In this document: piece after piece, positions 19,990-28,606 of the stretch
How positions within the stretch are numbered: position 1 is the first letter of the stretch
Layout of the letters: each line of letters starts with the position of its first letter
NCBI GenBank assembly: GCA_016861085.1
Contig: BOKR01000001.1
Location: 387,271 to 451,270 of the forward strand
Reading direction: 5' to 3'
DNA from: Patescibacteria group bacterium
GTDB lineage: Bacteria > Patescibacteriota > Microgenomatia > UBA1400 > PJMF01
DNA: 64,000 nucleotides
Made by a program: the position numbers and the translations under genes
Notes under the pieces: model-generated
Seen by the model: the letters and a program-made list of their open reading frames with translations, nothing else
What the model was told of the DNA's origin: nothing
Database searches by the model: none

Positions 19990-20300
19990 TACTTTTCCTC
20001 GATGATTCTGGGTACCACAAAGTAGCCATTATGTGTTTGTTTGGCATTAGCCAGTGCTTGTTTTTGTGTGAACATGTTATCAATATTGACAATATCTTCG
20101 CGTAGAATGTTTGTTAGTCCTGTTACCTGATGAGTTGGCTCAACATTTGAGATATCAACAGATTGTAATTCAGCAATAGTATTGAGTGTTTCTTCAAAAG
20201 CAGTTTGCAATTTTTTTTGCTCAGTTTGGGTAATAGGAATGTTTGCTAAGTTAGCAATATGCTGTATTTGTTTTTTTGTAATATTCGGCGTTTTTTTCAT
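19989..20300 (-). CDS. gatC: Glutamyl-tRNA(Gln) amidotransferase subunit C
   Basis: Small protein with IANLANIPITQTEQKKLQ...L..I...Q..D, typical of GatC. Sits directly upstream of gatA with overlapping start/stop. Confidence 0.8.
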   Translation of the reverse strand: MKKTPNITKKQIQHIANLANIPITQTEQKKLQTAFEETLNTIAELQSVDISNVEPTHQVTGLTNILREDIVNIDNMFTQKQALANAKQTHNGYFVVPRIIEEK

Positions 20301-20324
20301 GTGTGTATTGTACCTCAAAAAAAA

Positions 20325-21215
20325 TTACATTCCTCTGAGGGCTTTTATTCTTTCTTCAACTGGAGGATGAGTGCTAAATAGACCTGCAAATAGGTGACCT
20401 TTGGTGTTTTTTAAAGGGTTTGCAATATACAGATGTGCTGTGGCATTGTTAGCAGCTTCTAATGGTTCGTGGTCAGCTGCAATTTTTTCTAACGCTTTTG
20501 CTAAACCTTCGGGATTCTTTGTAAAAGAGACAGCACTGGAGTCAGCCAAAAATTCTCTTCTTCTGGAAATGGCTAGCTGAATAATTTTAGCGATGAGTGG
20601 CGAAAGAAGTGCCATGACTATGCCAGCAATTAACAAAATTGCTTGTAATTGGCCCCCCTCCTTATTATCTCTTTTACCTCTAAAACTACTTCTTAAAATA
20701 AAGTCAGATAACAGCGCAATGAGCCCCACTAAAATGGTAACAATGCTCATTAAGCGGATATCATAATTCTGGATGTGAGACAACTCATGAGCTATTACAC
20801 CTTCAAGTTCTGCTCTGTTTAATTTTTGTAGTAACCCAGTTGTGCAGCAAACTACCGCATGTTCAGGATCTCTTCCAGTAGCGAAAGCGTTGGGGGCACT
20901 ATCTTCAATAACATATAGTTTTGGTTTCGGCAGATGTTTTGAAAATGCCAAATTTTCTGCAACCGTATAAAAATCAAAATGTTGTTGTCTGTTTGCTTCG
21001 TGTGCTCCAGAAATTCCTAAAATAATTTTATCTGAGTACCAGTAAGAACTAAAGGAAATAATTCCAGAAATAATCAGTGCGATTCCCACAATACTCAAGT
21101 CATATTGAAACCCCACTGCCATAACATACGCGGCAAATACAATGAATGCCACGAATAATACCATGATTACAGCGGATTTTTGCTTGTTGCTGGCAACAAG
21201 TTCGTAATGTGTCAT
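20325..21215 (-). CDS. htpX: HtpX-family M48 zinc metalloprotease
   Basis: HEXXH (HELSHIQNYD), N-terminal TM helices, and a conserved downstream E..AD region. Confidence 0.85.
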   Translation of the reverse strand: MTHYELVASNKQKSAVIMVLFVAFIVFAAYVMAVGFQYDLSIVGIALIISGIISFSSYWYSDKIILGISGAHEANRQQHFDFYTVAENLAFSKHLPKPKLYVIEDSAPNAFATGRDPEHAVVCCTTGLLQKLNRAELEGVIAHELSHIQNYDIRLMSIVTILVGLIALLSDFILRSSFRGKRDNKEGGQLQAILLIAGIVMALLSPLIAKIIQLAISRRREFLADSSAVSFTKNPEGLAKALEKIAADHEPLEAANNATAHLYIANPLKNTKGHLFAGLFSTHPPVEERIKALRGM

Positions 21216-21245
21216 ATAGCAGGCGCTAGTATAGTCGCCGACTTC

Positions 21246-21839
21246 CTAAAGATCAACTTTAACGTCTTTCATTTCTGCATTGCTCACCTCAACGTGGCTG
21301 CCGGAAAGTGCAGTTTCTAATCCTTTTTCAGATTTGAAACCAAGCATATTTGCAATTATATTTGATGGGAACATGACCAGTTTTTCATTGTAATTTTGAG
21401 AAAGATCAATCACTGCTCTTCTGGCATACATCAGTTTATCTGCAGTATCAGTAAGCTCATTCATTAACTTGGTAACGGTTGTGTCACTCTTTAATTCTGG
21501 GTTATCTTCAACGGCAATAGTCATTTTTGGAACTAACGATTGTACTTGCTCGATTGCTTTTTCAATATCGTTGACTTTGCCAGATTCTTGAGCATTTGCA
21601 ACTGATTTTCTAGCATCAGTTAACATTTTGAAAATACCGGTTTCTTGTTTCATCATGCCTTTGACAGATGCTTCAAGATTAGGAATTAAAGAGGCTTGGC
21701 GCTTTAGTTGGTTACCAATTTCTTGGATACTTGCTGCAATTTGAGTTTTAAGTCTTTGCAGAGTGTTATAGATGGAAATGACGTAGCCAGCAATTAAGAC
21801 GCCTGCAATAATTAAAATAAGAACAAGATTCATTGACAT
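21246..21839 (-). CDS. lemA: LemA family protein
   Basis: Single N-terminal TM followed by the LemA core ...NYNEKLVMFPSNIIANMLGFK. Classic pairing with HtpX-like M48 protease. Confidence 0.8.
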   Translation of the reverse strand: MSMNLVLILIIAGVLIAGYVISIYNTLQRLKTQIAASIQEIGNQLKRQASLIPNLEASVKGMMKQETGIFKMLTDARKSVANAQESGKVNDIEKAIEQVQSLVPKMTIAVEDNPELKSDTTVTKLMNELTDTADKLMYARRAVIDLSQNYNEKLVMFPSNIIANMLGFKSEKGLETALSGSHVEVSNAEMKDVKVDL

Positions 21840-21941
21840 ATGTGTCTCCTTTGTATTTTGTATACTATACTACATTACCATTGGCAAAACTAGGTCTAGT
21901 AGTGGTATAATTCCATTTGTTCTTTAGAATAGTATTGCGAT

Positions 21942-22014
21942 GGGCTCGTGGTGTAGCGGTTAACATGCTTCCCTGTCACGGAAGAGATCGTCGGTTCGAA
22001 TCCGATCGGGCTCG
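21942..22014 (+). tRNA. tRNA-Asp (anticodon GTC)
   Basis: GGGCTCGTGGTGTAGCGGTTAACATGCTTCCCTGTCACGGAAGAGATCGTCGGTTCGAATCCGATCGGGCTCG. Anticodon stem CTTCC/GGAAG with loop CTGTCAC. The acceptor closes with G.U wobbles. Discriminator G. Candidate extended -10 TGgTATAAT at 21903-21911. Confidence 0.85.
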
Positions 22015-22032
22015 CAAGAAACCAAACGATTT

Positions 22033-22878
22033 TTACACCTTCAATCTGGAATAAAATAATTTTAATTTTCTGTGCAGCTGACTTGGAATCCTCATTTGGG
22101 TGACTTCGTATCCTGCCTTGTCCATCATTTTTTGTTTGGCATATTGATCGTGAACTTTTCCCAGCTGTGTGCTTAAATCCCCAAGGTAGTGAAATGTTTG
22201 TATTAGAGATCGATTACTAGGATTTTGCATGGCTGCAACTTGGTATAAATTTTTCAAGTGACGTAAATCTTTTCTGAGATCATGGTATATAGGTACGAGC
22301 ATGTTTGGGCTTTGAATTTGTGCAAGAGATCGTGATTTTATGATATTTATTCTACTTGCACAAACATTTGTAGAAGTGGGAGTAAATGAAAAGGCATTCA
22401 AATCTGAAGACTCAATAAGACTCAAAACTTTCTGGGCATATTTATTTCCTTGTTTAGTGTCGTATGCGTCATTTGTCTTTCCAAGCTGACTCAAGAACGT
22501 ATTGAACGTCTCAGGTGCGCCATCCTCACTGTAGCAATCTAAGGCACTTTTCAAAAGTAACCCTGCTTTTCTTAATTCTTTTAAATATTTTCGAAGCTCA
22601 AAGTTTTGTTTTCTTTCATTCGCAGAAAGTTCTATATATGTTTTAAGTGATTGTGTTAATTGGGTGTTATCAAAGAGAGCTGACCAAAGAGTGGCAGCTG
22701 ATTCTATAGTTTTTTTTACGTCCTCGGGTGATTTGGCAAGTTCAGGAATCACCCTGGGTAACCTAAGTACACGAAAGATTGATTGTTGTAATTTAATGGC
22801 TTCAAATTTTTGGATAATTCCCGTTTGGCCGATTGCTTCTGTTTTAACAGCTCTTCTCATATTTTGGGATTGTAACAT
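22033..22878 (-). CDS. Hypothetical protein (281 aa, predicted helical)
   Basis: Intact ORF, second gene of a two-gene cassette between tRNA-Asp and tRNA-Thr. Confidence 0.45.
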   Translation of the reverse strand: MLQSQNMRRAVKTEAIGQTGIIQKFEAIKLQQSIFRVLRLPRVIPELAKSPEDVKKTIESAATLWSALFDNTQLTQSLKTYIELSANERKQNFELRKYLKELRKAGLLLKSALDCYSEDGAPETFNTFLSQLGKTNDAYDTKQGNKYAQKVLSLIESSDLNAFSFTPTSTNVCASRINIIKSRSLAQIQSPNMLVPIYHDLRKDLRHLKNLYQVAAMQNPSNRSLIQTFHYLGDLSTQLGKVHDQYAKQKMMDKAGYEVTQMRIPSQLHRKLKLFYSRLKV

Positions 22879-22882
22879 TAAA

Positions 22883-23662
22883 TTAATCGGATAAGAGCAC
22901 TAAATCTACTGGTTGATTCCCATATGCTAAATTTGGAATCGGTGCCGAGGAGTAAAAGCCAAGTTTAAATATTTCACAAATGGCTTGATTAAAATCAGAT
23001 CCGAGTTCCATAAATTCATCTGCTGTTAGAGGTCTTTTTTTCTTTCTTTTAAGTTCGGTTTCTTTTTGGCGGAGTACTTGATGCTCTTTTGCTATTACTT
23101 GCTGAAAATTATGCTCAATAAATGCAGCTGCAGTTTTGGTTGTTTTAAGAATTAAAAAAATTCTTCCTTTTGTACTCATTACTAGAAACTGCATATACGG
23201 ATTTGCAATGAAGAATTCAAAATCGGTACTACTAAAAAAAGAAATATAATCGGCAGTAATTCCTTTATCTGGGTGGTTATGTACGACAAAAGATGGTTCC
23301 AAATCTTTTCCTTTTGGAAAATTTGGGGTTACGCTGTTTTCAGTTCCCCAGGTAAAGTTAGCTGTATGGAATTTTTTTTGCTTTTTATCATAAGAGACTG
23401 CTGCAGCGCCCTCTCTCTTTCCTTTTGTTTGATGTGCAAGGATCTTTGCTGCATGTTTGATACCATGTAGTCTGATTTTTTTAGGTAGTCTAGTAATATC
23501 CAAAAATCGTGTCAGCTCATGGCAGAGTCCAAGTGCTTCCAAGAATTTTTCTTCCGGCATTGTAATACCTGCATAAGCATTTAGCAGCTTGTTAAGTTGC
23601 TCTTTTAGTGCAAAATTTTGTTCTGCTGAAGCTTGATCGGCTCGAGTCAATGTTCGTATCAT
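22883..23662 (-). CDS. Hypothetical protein (259 aa) with an HNHP...SxxD motif reminiscent of RadC/JAB-MPN metalloenzymes
   Basis: FVVHNHPDKGITADYISFFSSTD resembles the RadC/JAMM HNHP..S..D signature. Spacing is non-canonical, so this is tentative. Confidence 0.45.
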   Translation of the reverse strand: MIRTLTRADQASAEQNFALKEQLNKLLNAYAGITMPEEKFLEALGLCHELTRFLDITRLPKKIRLHGIKHAAKILAHQTKGKREGAAAVSYDKKQKKFHTANFTWGTENSVTPNFPKGKDLEPSFVVHNHPDKGITADYISFFSSTDFEFFIANPYMQFLVMSTKGRIFLILKTTKTAAAFIEHNFQQVIAKEHQVLRQKETELKRKKKRPLTADEFMELGSDFNQAICEIFKLGFYSSAPIPNLAYGNQPVDLVLLSD

Positions 23663-23724
23663 ATTAATTTTGTGTGTGGGTTAATCGTAACACTTTTATA
23701 TGATAAAATCAGTCAGTTCGATTC

Positions 23725-23797
23725 GCCGAAGTAGCTCAGTTGGTAGAGCACTGGTATCGTAAACCATAGGTCGTGGGTTCGACTCCCACCTTCGGCT
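23725..23797 (+). tRNA. tRNA-Thr (anticodon CGT)
   Basis: GCCGAAGTAGCTCAGTTGGTAGAGCACTGGTATCGTAAACCATAGGTCGTGGGTTCGACTCCCACCTTCGGCT. D-loop AGCTCAGTTGGTAGAGC. Anticodon loop ATCGTAA. T-loop GGTTCGACTCC. Confidence 0.85.
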
Positions 23798-23814
23798 CAC
23801 TAAATTTTGTCATG

Positions 23815-23847
23815 AAAAAAGGCCGCTTGAATAAGCGGCCTTTTTGT
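23815..23847. terminator. Bidirectional intrinsic terminator (GGCCGCTT-GAAT-AAGCGGCC with flanking A6/T5)
   Basis: Perfect 8-bp GC-rich stem. It lies between tRNA-Thr and the convergent minus-strand gene block. Confidence 0.65.
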
Positions 23848-23867
23848 TTAAGTTGTGAATACGGAAT

Positions 23868-23954
23868 TTAGAAAGTGATTTGTGCGCTCGCTGCGAGTAA
23901 AAGTATCAGCGCAATGAGCACAATACCAGCGAGGATCAAGAGTTTCTTTTTCAT
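23868..23954 (-). CDS. Candidate 28-aa hydrophobic micropeptide (MKKKLLILAGIVLIALILLLAASAQITF), translationally coupled (ATGA) to the upstream gene
   Basis: Manual translation of the minus strand. Its ATG overlaps the TGA of the 23951..25129 gene. Basic N-terminus plus a 20-aa hydrophobic helix. It ends just before the terminator hairpin and is absent from the ORF track because of its length. Confidence 0.3.
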   Translation of the reverse strand: MKKKLLILAGIVLIALILLLAASAQITF

Positions 23955-25129
23955 GGTGTGTTTTCCCATGTTGGCACCCAATCCATGCCGATTTCATCTC
24001 GGTAGAATGGGTACAGATTGTGAAAGAATTTATCCATGTCGTTGGATTCGATGACGCGTTTTGGAGCGACACTTCCCAGTTCACTCAGGTAATACCAAAC
24101 GTCAGGTTCAAATGGCCATTCGAGGATGACTTCAAATGAACCGATCCCTGTATAGCCGCTTTTTTTTGCTTCTGCAACGGCTAATGCATAAAGGTTATCG
24201 TATGGCCAGGGATTATTGGCATCTGGTGAAGGGTTATTGAAGTGCCACTCAATTAAGGTCTTGAGGGCGTCCAGGTTGCGAGTAGACCGGGTGCCATCCG
24301 GTTCTAAGGGTGCTATCAGTTCTAGCGTGGCCAGCTCGTTAGCCAGGTTGTCGGCCTGGTCAATGTTGGTTCTGAAGTATTCGGCTTCTTGGGGATCACC
24401 GCCGAACAGTGCAAGATGCAGGCGTTTCGCAAGATCTACCCATTCCATGATGACCCCATTGGGATCATCGAAGGTTTTCTTGACTTCATTCCCCGGTTGA
24501 ACCGAATGAGTTAATAACCCAAAACGGACATGAAGCTCGATGTCCACGGTTTGGGTGTGTGTAATGATCTTATTTTCTGGGTCAATTGCCTGGAAGTCAA
24601 GCGGGTTCAGGGTGAAGTTTTGCAGATCGCTCTGCGGAACTCCGCCCCAAAGCTCTCCGAGTTTCGCGTAACCAACACAATACCGGGTTTTGGGAATCAA
24701 TGTGACACTTCCATTACGAACCTGCTCTACGAGAGGGCTGAAATCATTGTGCTCAGGATAGTGTGCTTGGATGCAGTACAAGCCTAAAGCACCTGTTTCA
24801 ACAAGACTCGAAACACGCAGGTCCATCCCCATGGACCCATACACACCCATTAATGCTTGGCGTAACATTTCGGTATCACCTAGGTGATACACATCTTGCC
24901 ACGGTATTTCAGTGACAAGGGTTTGTTCACCAGCAGGACCAGGGGTTGGAGTTAAATCAGCAATCGCGGTTGCGGCTTCTTCAGCCGCCGATGAGGTTGG
25001 GATGTCCGCTTTATCAGGTGACTTATCATTGGCTTGGTCGTCTGACCACATGCTAAACGCAATGAAAGCCAGAATTGCAAGAATGATTGCCTGAATAATT
25101 GGACTTCCACTCTGTTGATTCTTTTTCAT
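23951..25129 (-). CDS. Secreted/membrane-anchored hypothetical protein (392 aa) in a GC-rich block
   Basis: N-terminal signal-anchor MKKNQQSGSPIIQAIILAILAFIAFSMW. No known motif. Local GC is about 50% versus about 35% in flanking sequence. Confidence 0.55.
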   Translation of the reverse strand: MKKNQQSGSPIIQAIILAILAFIAFSMWSDDQANDKSPDKADIPTSSAAEEAATAIADLTPTPGPAGEQTLVTEIPWQDVYHLGDTEMLRQALMGVYGSMGMDLRVSSLVETGALGLYCIQAHYPEHNDFSPLVEQVRNGSVTLIPKTRYCVGYAKLGELWGGVPQSDLQNFTLNPLDFQAIDPENKIITHTQTVDIELHVRFGLLTHSVQPGNEVKKTFDDPNGVIMEWVDLAKRLHLALFGGDPQEAEYFRTNIDQADNLANELATLELIAPLEPDGTRSTRNLDALKTLIEWHFNNPSPDANNPWPYDNLYALAVAEAKKSGYTGIGSFEVILEWPFEPDVWYYLSELGSVAPKRVIESNDMDKFFHNLYPFYRDEIGMDWVPTWENTP

Positions 25130-25216
25130 TTTTTTTACCTATAAAAAAAGTAGATCAGCGCCGCACGAATATTCGTGCAGCGCTGATAATTGAAGTTTAA
25201 AATTTTATAAGGGACT

Positions 25217-26821
25217 TTATGGTGCCTGAATCGGTCCAAAACATACCCCCGAGTTTTGATACTCGGCGTAGGATTTTCCTTCCCACAGGTAAGTCGCGCT
25301 ACATTTGCCAACCCAGAATTCACCACCGAGATCTAACACTGCCGCAACGTCTTGGAGATTTACATAGTCTGTATGTCCCTGATCGCAACTACCAATGGCA
25401 ATGGTGACCCAGGTGCCGTTCCAGTCACCGCAGCCGAAACCAGACACAAAAAGGTTGGGGTTCCAGACAAGTGTTACGTAGTCTGAGAAGCTCCCATATG
25501 ACCCAATCGGTGTTGGAGTGGGCAATGGCGGAGGAGTCGGAGTTGGAGTTCCTACCGGATACGTGACCCGGCAGGGGAACATCCATAGCCCGTCTTTGTA
25601 GCACTCGTTTCCATTAGAAATGCCATCCCCGGTTCCGAACATAGGCACGGTGCGGACCTGGCTAATGGTCCAGCTCGCAGTGACGCCACCTTCAAGAACC
25701 AATGTGTCCGGAAGATCAAGAATCTGCAGGACGCAGGTTATATATTTAAAGGCGTCAGGGCCATTTCCACCAAGCCGATTAGAGTAACCACGCAATCCAC
25801 CTTCTTCGAACCTGAATTCGATATACTCAACCCCTTTGTCCCAGATGGGCAAGGAATCCAGGCTGAATAGCGATGTAGCTGGTTGAAACGACAAGCACAT
25901 GGCTTGCCAACTCTCAACAACTTTCGTTGCCACTACAGGATTCTTTGCTTCGGTCGGCACTACCGGTGCGTTTGGCATCGGTGTGGCGGGCACCATAGTA
26001 GGAATGTCCGCGATTTGGGGTGTCGGTTGAGGAGTTTCTGTTGGCGCAGGGCTTGGAGTAGGCGTGCGAGTTTGAGGAGCGGGAGTAGGAATAACACTCC
26101 AGTTGGTGTTTCCAGGTTGATTCTTGTTCGGGAATGGCGTTGGGGTTACCAATGTGCCATATCCAGGGAGTTCAATCCATCCCACTTCAGGCATGTTTTT
26201 CGAAACTTTGATGTCTTGGAGATTCTCCTTGATAAGAGTCAACAGTCCTGGCCAGTTTGGATAGGCTACGGTCTCTGTAAGCCAATCGAGCCCAGAGATT
26301 TTTCGCTCCGGTTTGTCTTCAGTAGCCTCGATAGTGCCTTCCAACTTTAGGAATTTTTGGTACTGGACAATGTTGAAACAATACCTCGAAGATTGTTGTT
26401 GCAGCTTCGGGTATGGTTCCAACATAACGCCAAGGGCATCAAATTCGATGCGGCCAATTCCTTCAGGACATTCAAAACCCGCGCCATCATTTTTCGATTC
26501 GTCATTGTCGGCTTGGTCTTCAACACCAAAGAAACTGGTAATTTTGTTCCACTCATATTGTCCCCTTGGGGTTTGGAAGAAACCCATAACCAACATTAAC
26601 AAAACCAGAACAACAATAGTCCAAGCCAAAGTTTTAGCATTAGGATCGGTTTTGATAAAGTTCCCAAGATCCTTTGCTTCCGATTTTAGTTCTTGACCAC
26701 TCCGTCTCCGGGCGTTTACCCGGCGAGTGCCAGCAGGGATACTGCTGGGCGTCATGTTTCTTTCTCCGCCCCCTTTTGATTCAGTTGTGTTTGGCAGAGT
26801 TGTTTTCATTTGATTCACCAT
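25217..26821 (-). CDS. Membrane-anchored secreted protein with Pro/Thr-rich linkers (TPTPSPAPTETPQPTPQ; TPTPTPPPLPTPTP) and a Cys-rich C-terminus
   Basis: N-terminal TM TLAWTIVVLVLLMLVMGFF. PT-linkers as in actinobacterial surface/secreted proteins. GC-rich codon usage. Confidence 0.55.
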   Translation of the reverse strand: MVNQMKTTLPNTTESKGGGERNMTPSSIPAGTRRVNARRRSGQELKSEAKDLGNFIKTDPNAKTLAWTIVVLVLLMLVMGFFQTPRGQYEWNKITSFFGVEDQADNDESKNDGAGFECPEGIGRIEFDALGVMLEPYPKLQQQSSRYCFNIVQYQKFLKLEGTIEATEDKPERKISGLDWLTETVAYPNWPGLLTLIKENLQDIKVSKNMPEVGWIELPGYGTLVTPTPFPNKNQPGNTNWSVIPTPAPQTRTPTPSPAPTETPQPTPQIADIPTMVPATPMPNAPVVPTEAKNPVVATKVVESWQAMCLSFQPATSLFSLDSLPIWDKGVEYIEFRFEEGGLRGYSNRLGGNGPDAFKYITCVLQILDLPDTLVLEGGVTASWTISQVRTVPMFGTGDGISNGNECYKDGLWMFPCRVTYPVGTPTPTPPPLPTPTPIGSYGSFSDYVTLVWNPNLFVSGFGCGDWNGTWVTIAIGSCDQGHTDYVNLQDVAAVLDLGGEFWVGKCSATYLWEGKSYAEYQNSGVCFGPIQAP

Positions 26822-26824
26822 TTT

Positions 26825-28606
26825 TTATTTGGAGCCGAATTGTTCTTGAAACATCAACCAGCTTTCCATCAACGCTCTGGATATAAAATATCCAGCGTCT
26901 CCCATCCCTCGGTAGTTGTTCCACATTAAATTGTTGAACAACCCCTTGTACTGACACTTGTTGATGTCAGGAGGATCACATGGGCTGCCGGCATACCTAT
27001 GTGCATAGGTTGCTTGATCGGTGTTATGACTCATCACACCTTGACTAACCGCCCAGTTTGAATGGGCAAGCATTGCGTCAAGATAGATTTGCATATCACC
27101 GCCAGGAAATGCACTGAAGGTATTAAAGAACCACTGTTTTTCTTGCAGTGGTCCCATTGCTAGTGCCGAGCTGGTTGTAAATGGTCCATTACCGTTTCCA
27201 GTCTCCTGGAGTTTTTGAGTGAGGTTGTCCCATATGGGAGCTCCCCCAAGCTGATGAACGGTTAAGGCCGCCAATACCGCCTCATACGGCGGGGATGCAG
27301 TATAAGTATAATTAGCCTTCTTTCCACATGCTTCTTTGGAGATGCCCAATGTTTTGCAGTCGTGCCAGTACCAAAGGGTTTCGTATTGAAGGTTACCTTG
27401 CTGCAGCCACTCGAACCAAGCTTGTGTGCCTGGATCAAGTCCAGCCAAAAGGGCTGGTCTCGTTTGGAAATTTAACACCTGAGGAGTGTATGAGAGTTGA
27501 ATCACCTCAGATGGGATTATGGAGGAGTAGCCATAGGCATTTGCCATTGGCTCAGGAGGTCTTGGGAAGATTATTTCTACTTCCTCTTCTGGTTTTGGTG
27601 GGCTTTCGAATGGCTCATTTTCGGTGACATAAGTAGTTGTATTTGAGTCAGGCTCACTGGCTTTCACCGGTGATCTTGACCAAACGTAAGCTACTATGAC
27701 ACCAGTTAGCAAAACCGCCCACATCGGCCACCAGGATCGTGTTCCCTTGTTTCCCCACAATAGAATTAGAAGTGCTCCTACTAAGAAAAACCACCCATTT
27801 TTAGTTTCTACGAGTTTTGCTCGTAGAGGATGGTCCGCTTGGATATAGGTTTTTTCCCAGTACTCTGTGACTGCTTCTTGCAGTGGAACGTCATTGTTGG
27901 GATTGGAGTCTTGGGTTTCTTCAGTATTCTCAATTTCGGCTATACCGGAACGATCCAAGGTGTCCCACGCTACCTCACCAGGAGGTTGTGGGTTTGGTGA
28001 ACCGTCATCACGGAGGTACTCTGGGATGGTGTCGATACTAACTTGTCCTAGTACATCACCAGGGAAGTCAGTATAGGTAACTGTACCATAGTACACTGTT
28101 CCTGGTTCAACAAATTTTCCGGTTAACTTATCATAGAGTGTTAGATGGGTGTGTTCGCCGAAAGAGTTCCCAAGATTCGCTTCCGTTCCAACTCTCTGTC
28201 CAGCTTGGACGTATTGTCCCACCGACACATTATAGACACCATGAAGGTATATAACCTTCCACCGGCTATTTTCAATTATGAGATACGGATTTCCGTATCC
28301 TTCAGTTGAATTACCGGTGATGGTGCCATTTATGCTTGAGAACAATGGCCCTCCATTGATACTGCTGTTGTAGTCGTAGGCGCACCACGATGGGTTTCCA
28401 GCCCACCCCCAACCGTCTTTATGACAGTAGTACGGCTCTGCAGCCGTACCATAGTTAAACACAAAGAAGTTTGGGTACGGTGGAACAAACACATTATCTT
28501 CATCAGAAGTTTGACGCGGCGAAGCCGCTGTGACTGCTAGCGCCAGGAGTATGAAACCTAACGCCCAAAGCAAACGATATTTTGAGAATTGACGCATGGT
28601 ATTCAC
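26825..28606 (-). CDS. M23 (LytM-type) metallopeptidase-domain protein with signal peptide, a central pair of TM helices and a large C-terminal domain
   Basis: Signal MRQFSKYRLLWALGFILLALAVTAAS. M23 core ...GQYVQAGQRVGTEANLGNSFGEHTHLTLYD (H.H and G.TG motifs). Hydrophobic segments WFFLVGALLILLWG and WAVLLTGVIVAYVWS. Confidence 0.6.
   Translation of the reverse strand: MNTMRQFSKYRLLWALGFILLALAVTAASPRQTSDEDNVFVPPYPNFFVFNYGTAAEPYYCHKDGWGWAGNPSWCAYDYNSSINGGPLFSSINGTITGNSTEGYGNPYLIIENSRWKVIYLHGVYNVSVGQYVQAGQRVGTEANLGNSFGEHTHLTLYDKLTGKFVEPGTVYYGTVTYTDFPGDVLGQVSIDTIPEYLRDDGSPNPQPPGEVAWDTLDRSGIAEIENTEETQDSNPNNDVPLQEAVTEYWEKTYIQADHPLRAKLVETKNGWFFLVGALLILLWGNKGTRSWWPMWAVLLTGVIVAYVWSRSPVKASEPDSNTTTYVTENEPFESPPKPEEEVEIIFPRPPEPMANAYGYSSIIPSEVIQLSYTPQVLNFQTRPALLAGLDPGTQAWFEWLQQGNLQYETLWYWHDCKTLGISKEACGKKANYTYTASPPYEAVLAALTVHQLGGAPIWDNLTQKLQETGNGNGPFTTSSALAMGPLQEKQWFFNTFSAFPGGDMQIYLDAMLAHSNWAVSQGVMSHNTDQATYAHRYAGSPCDPPDINKCQYKGLFNNLMWNNYRGMGDAGYFISRALMESWLMFQEQFGSK

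Noticed and set aside
21942-22014. Initial doubt that the tRNA-Asp call was valid because the acceptor 3' arm is not the Watson-Crick complement of the 5' arm
   Set aside because: Resolved: all seven acceptor pairs form when G.U wobbles are allowed (GGGCTCG / CGGGCTC). The anticodon arm, D-loop and T-loop are canonical. The plus-strand orientation was confirmed by the T-loop lying near the 3' end.
22883-23662. Confident JAB/MPN (JAMM) assignment for the 259-aa protein
   Set aside because: The HxH and SxxD elements are present but separated by about 14 residues rather than the canonical 7, and the upstream catalytic Glu is not identifiable by eye. This is kept only as a tentative resemblance pending profile or structure search.
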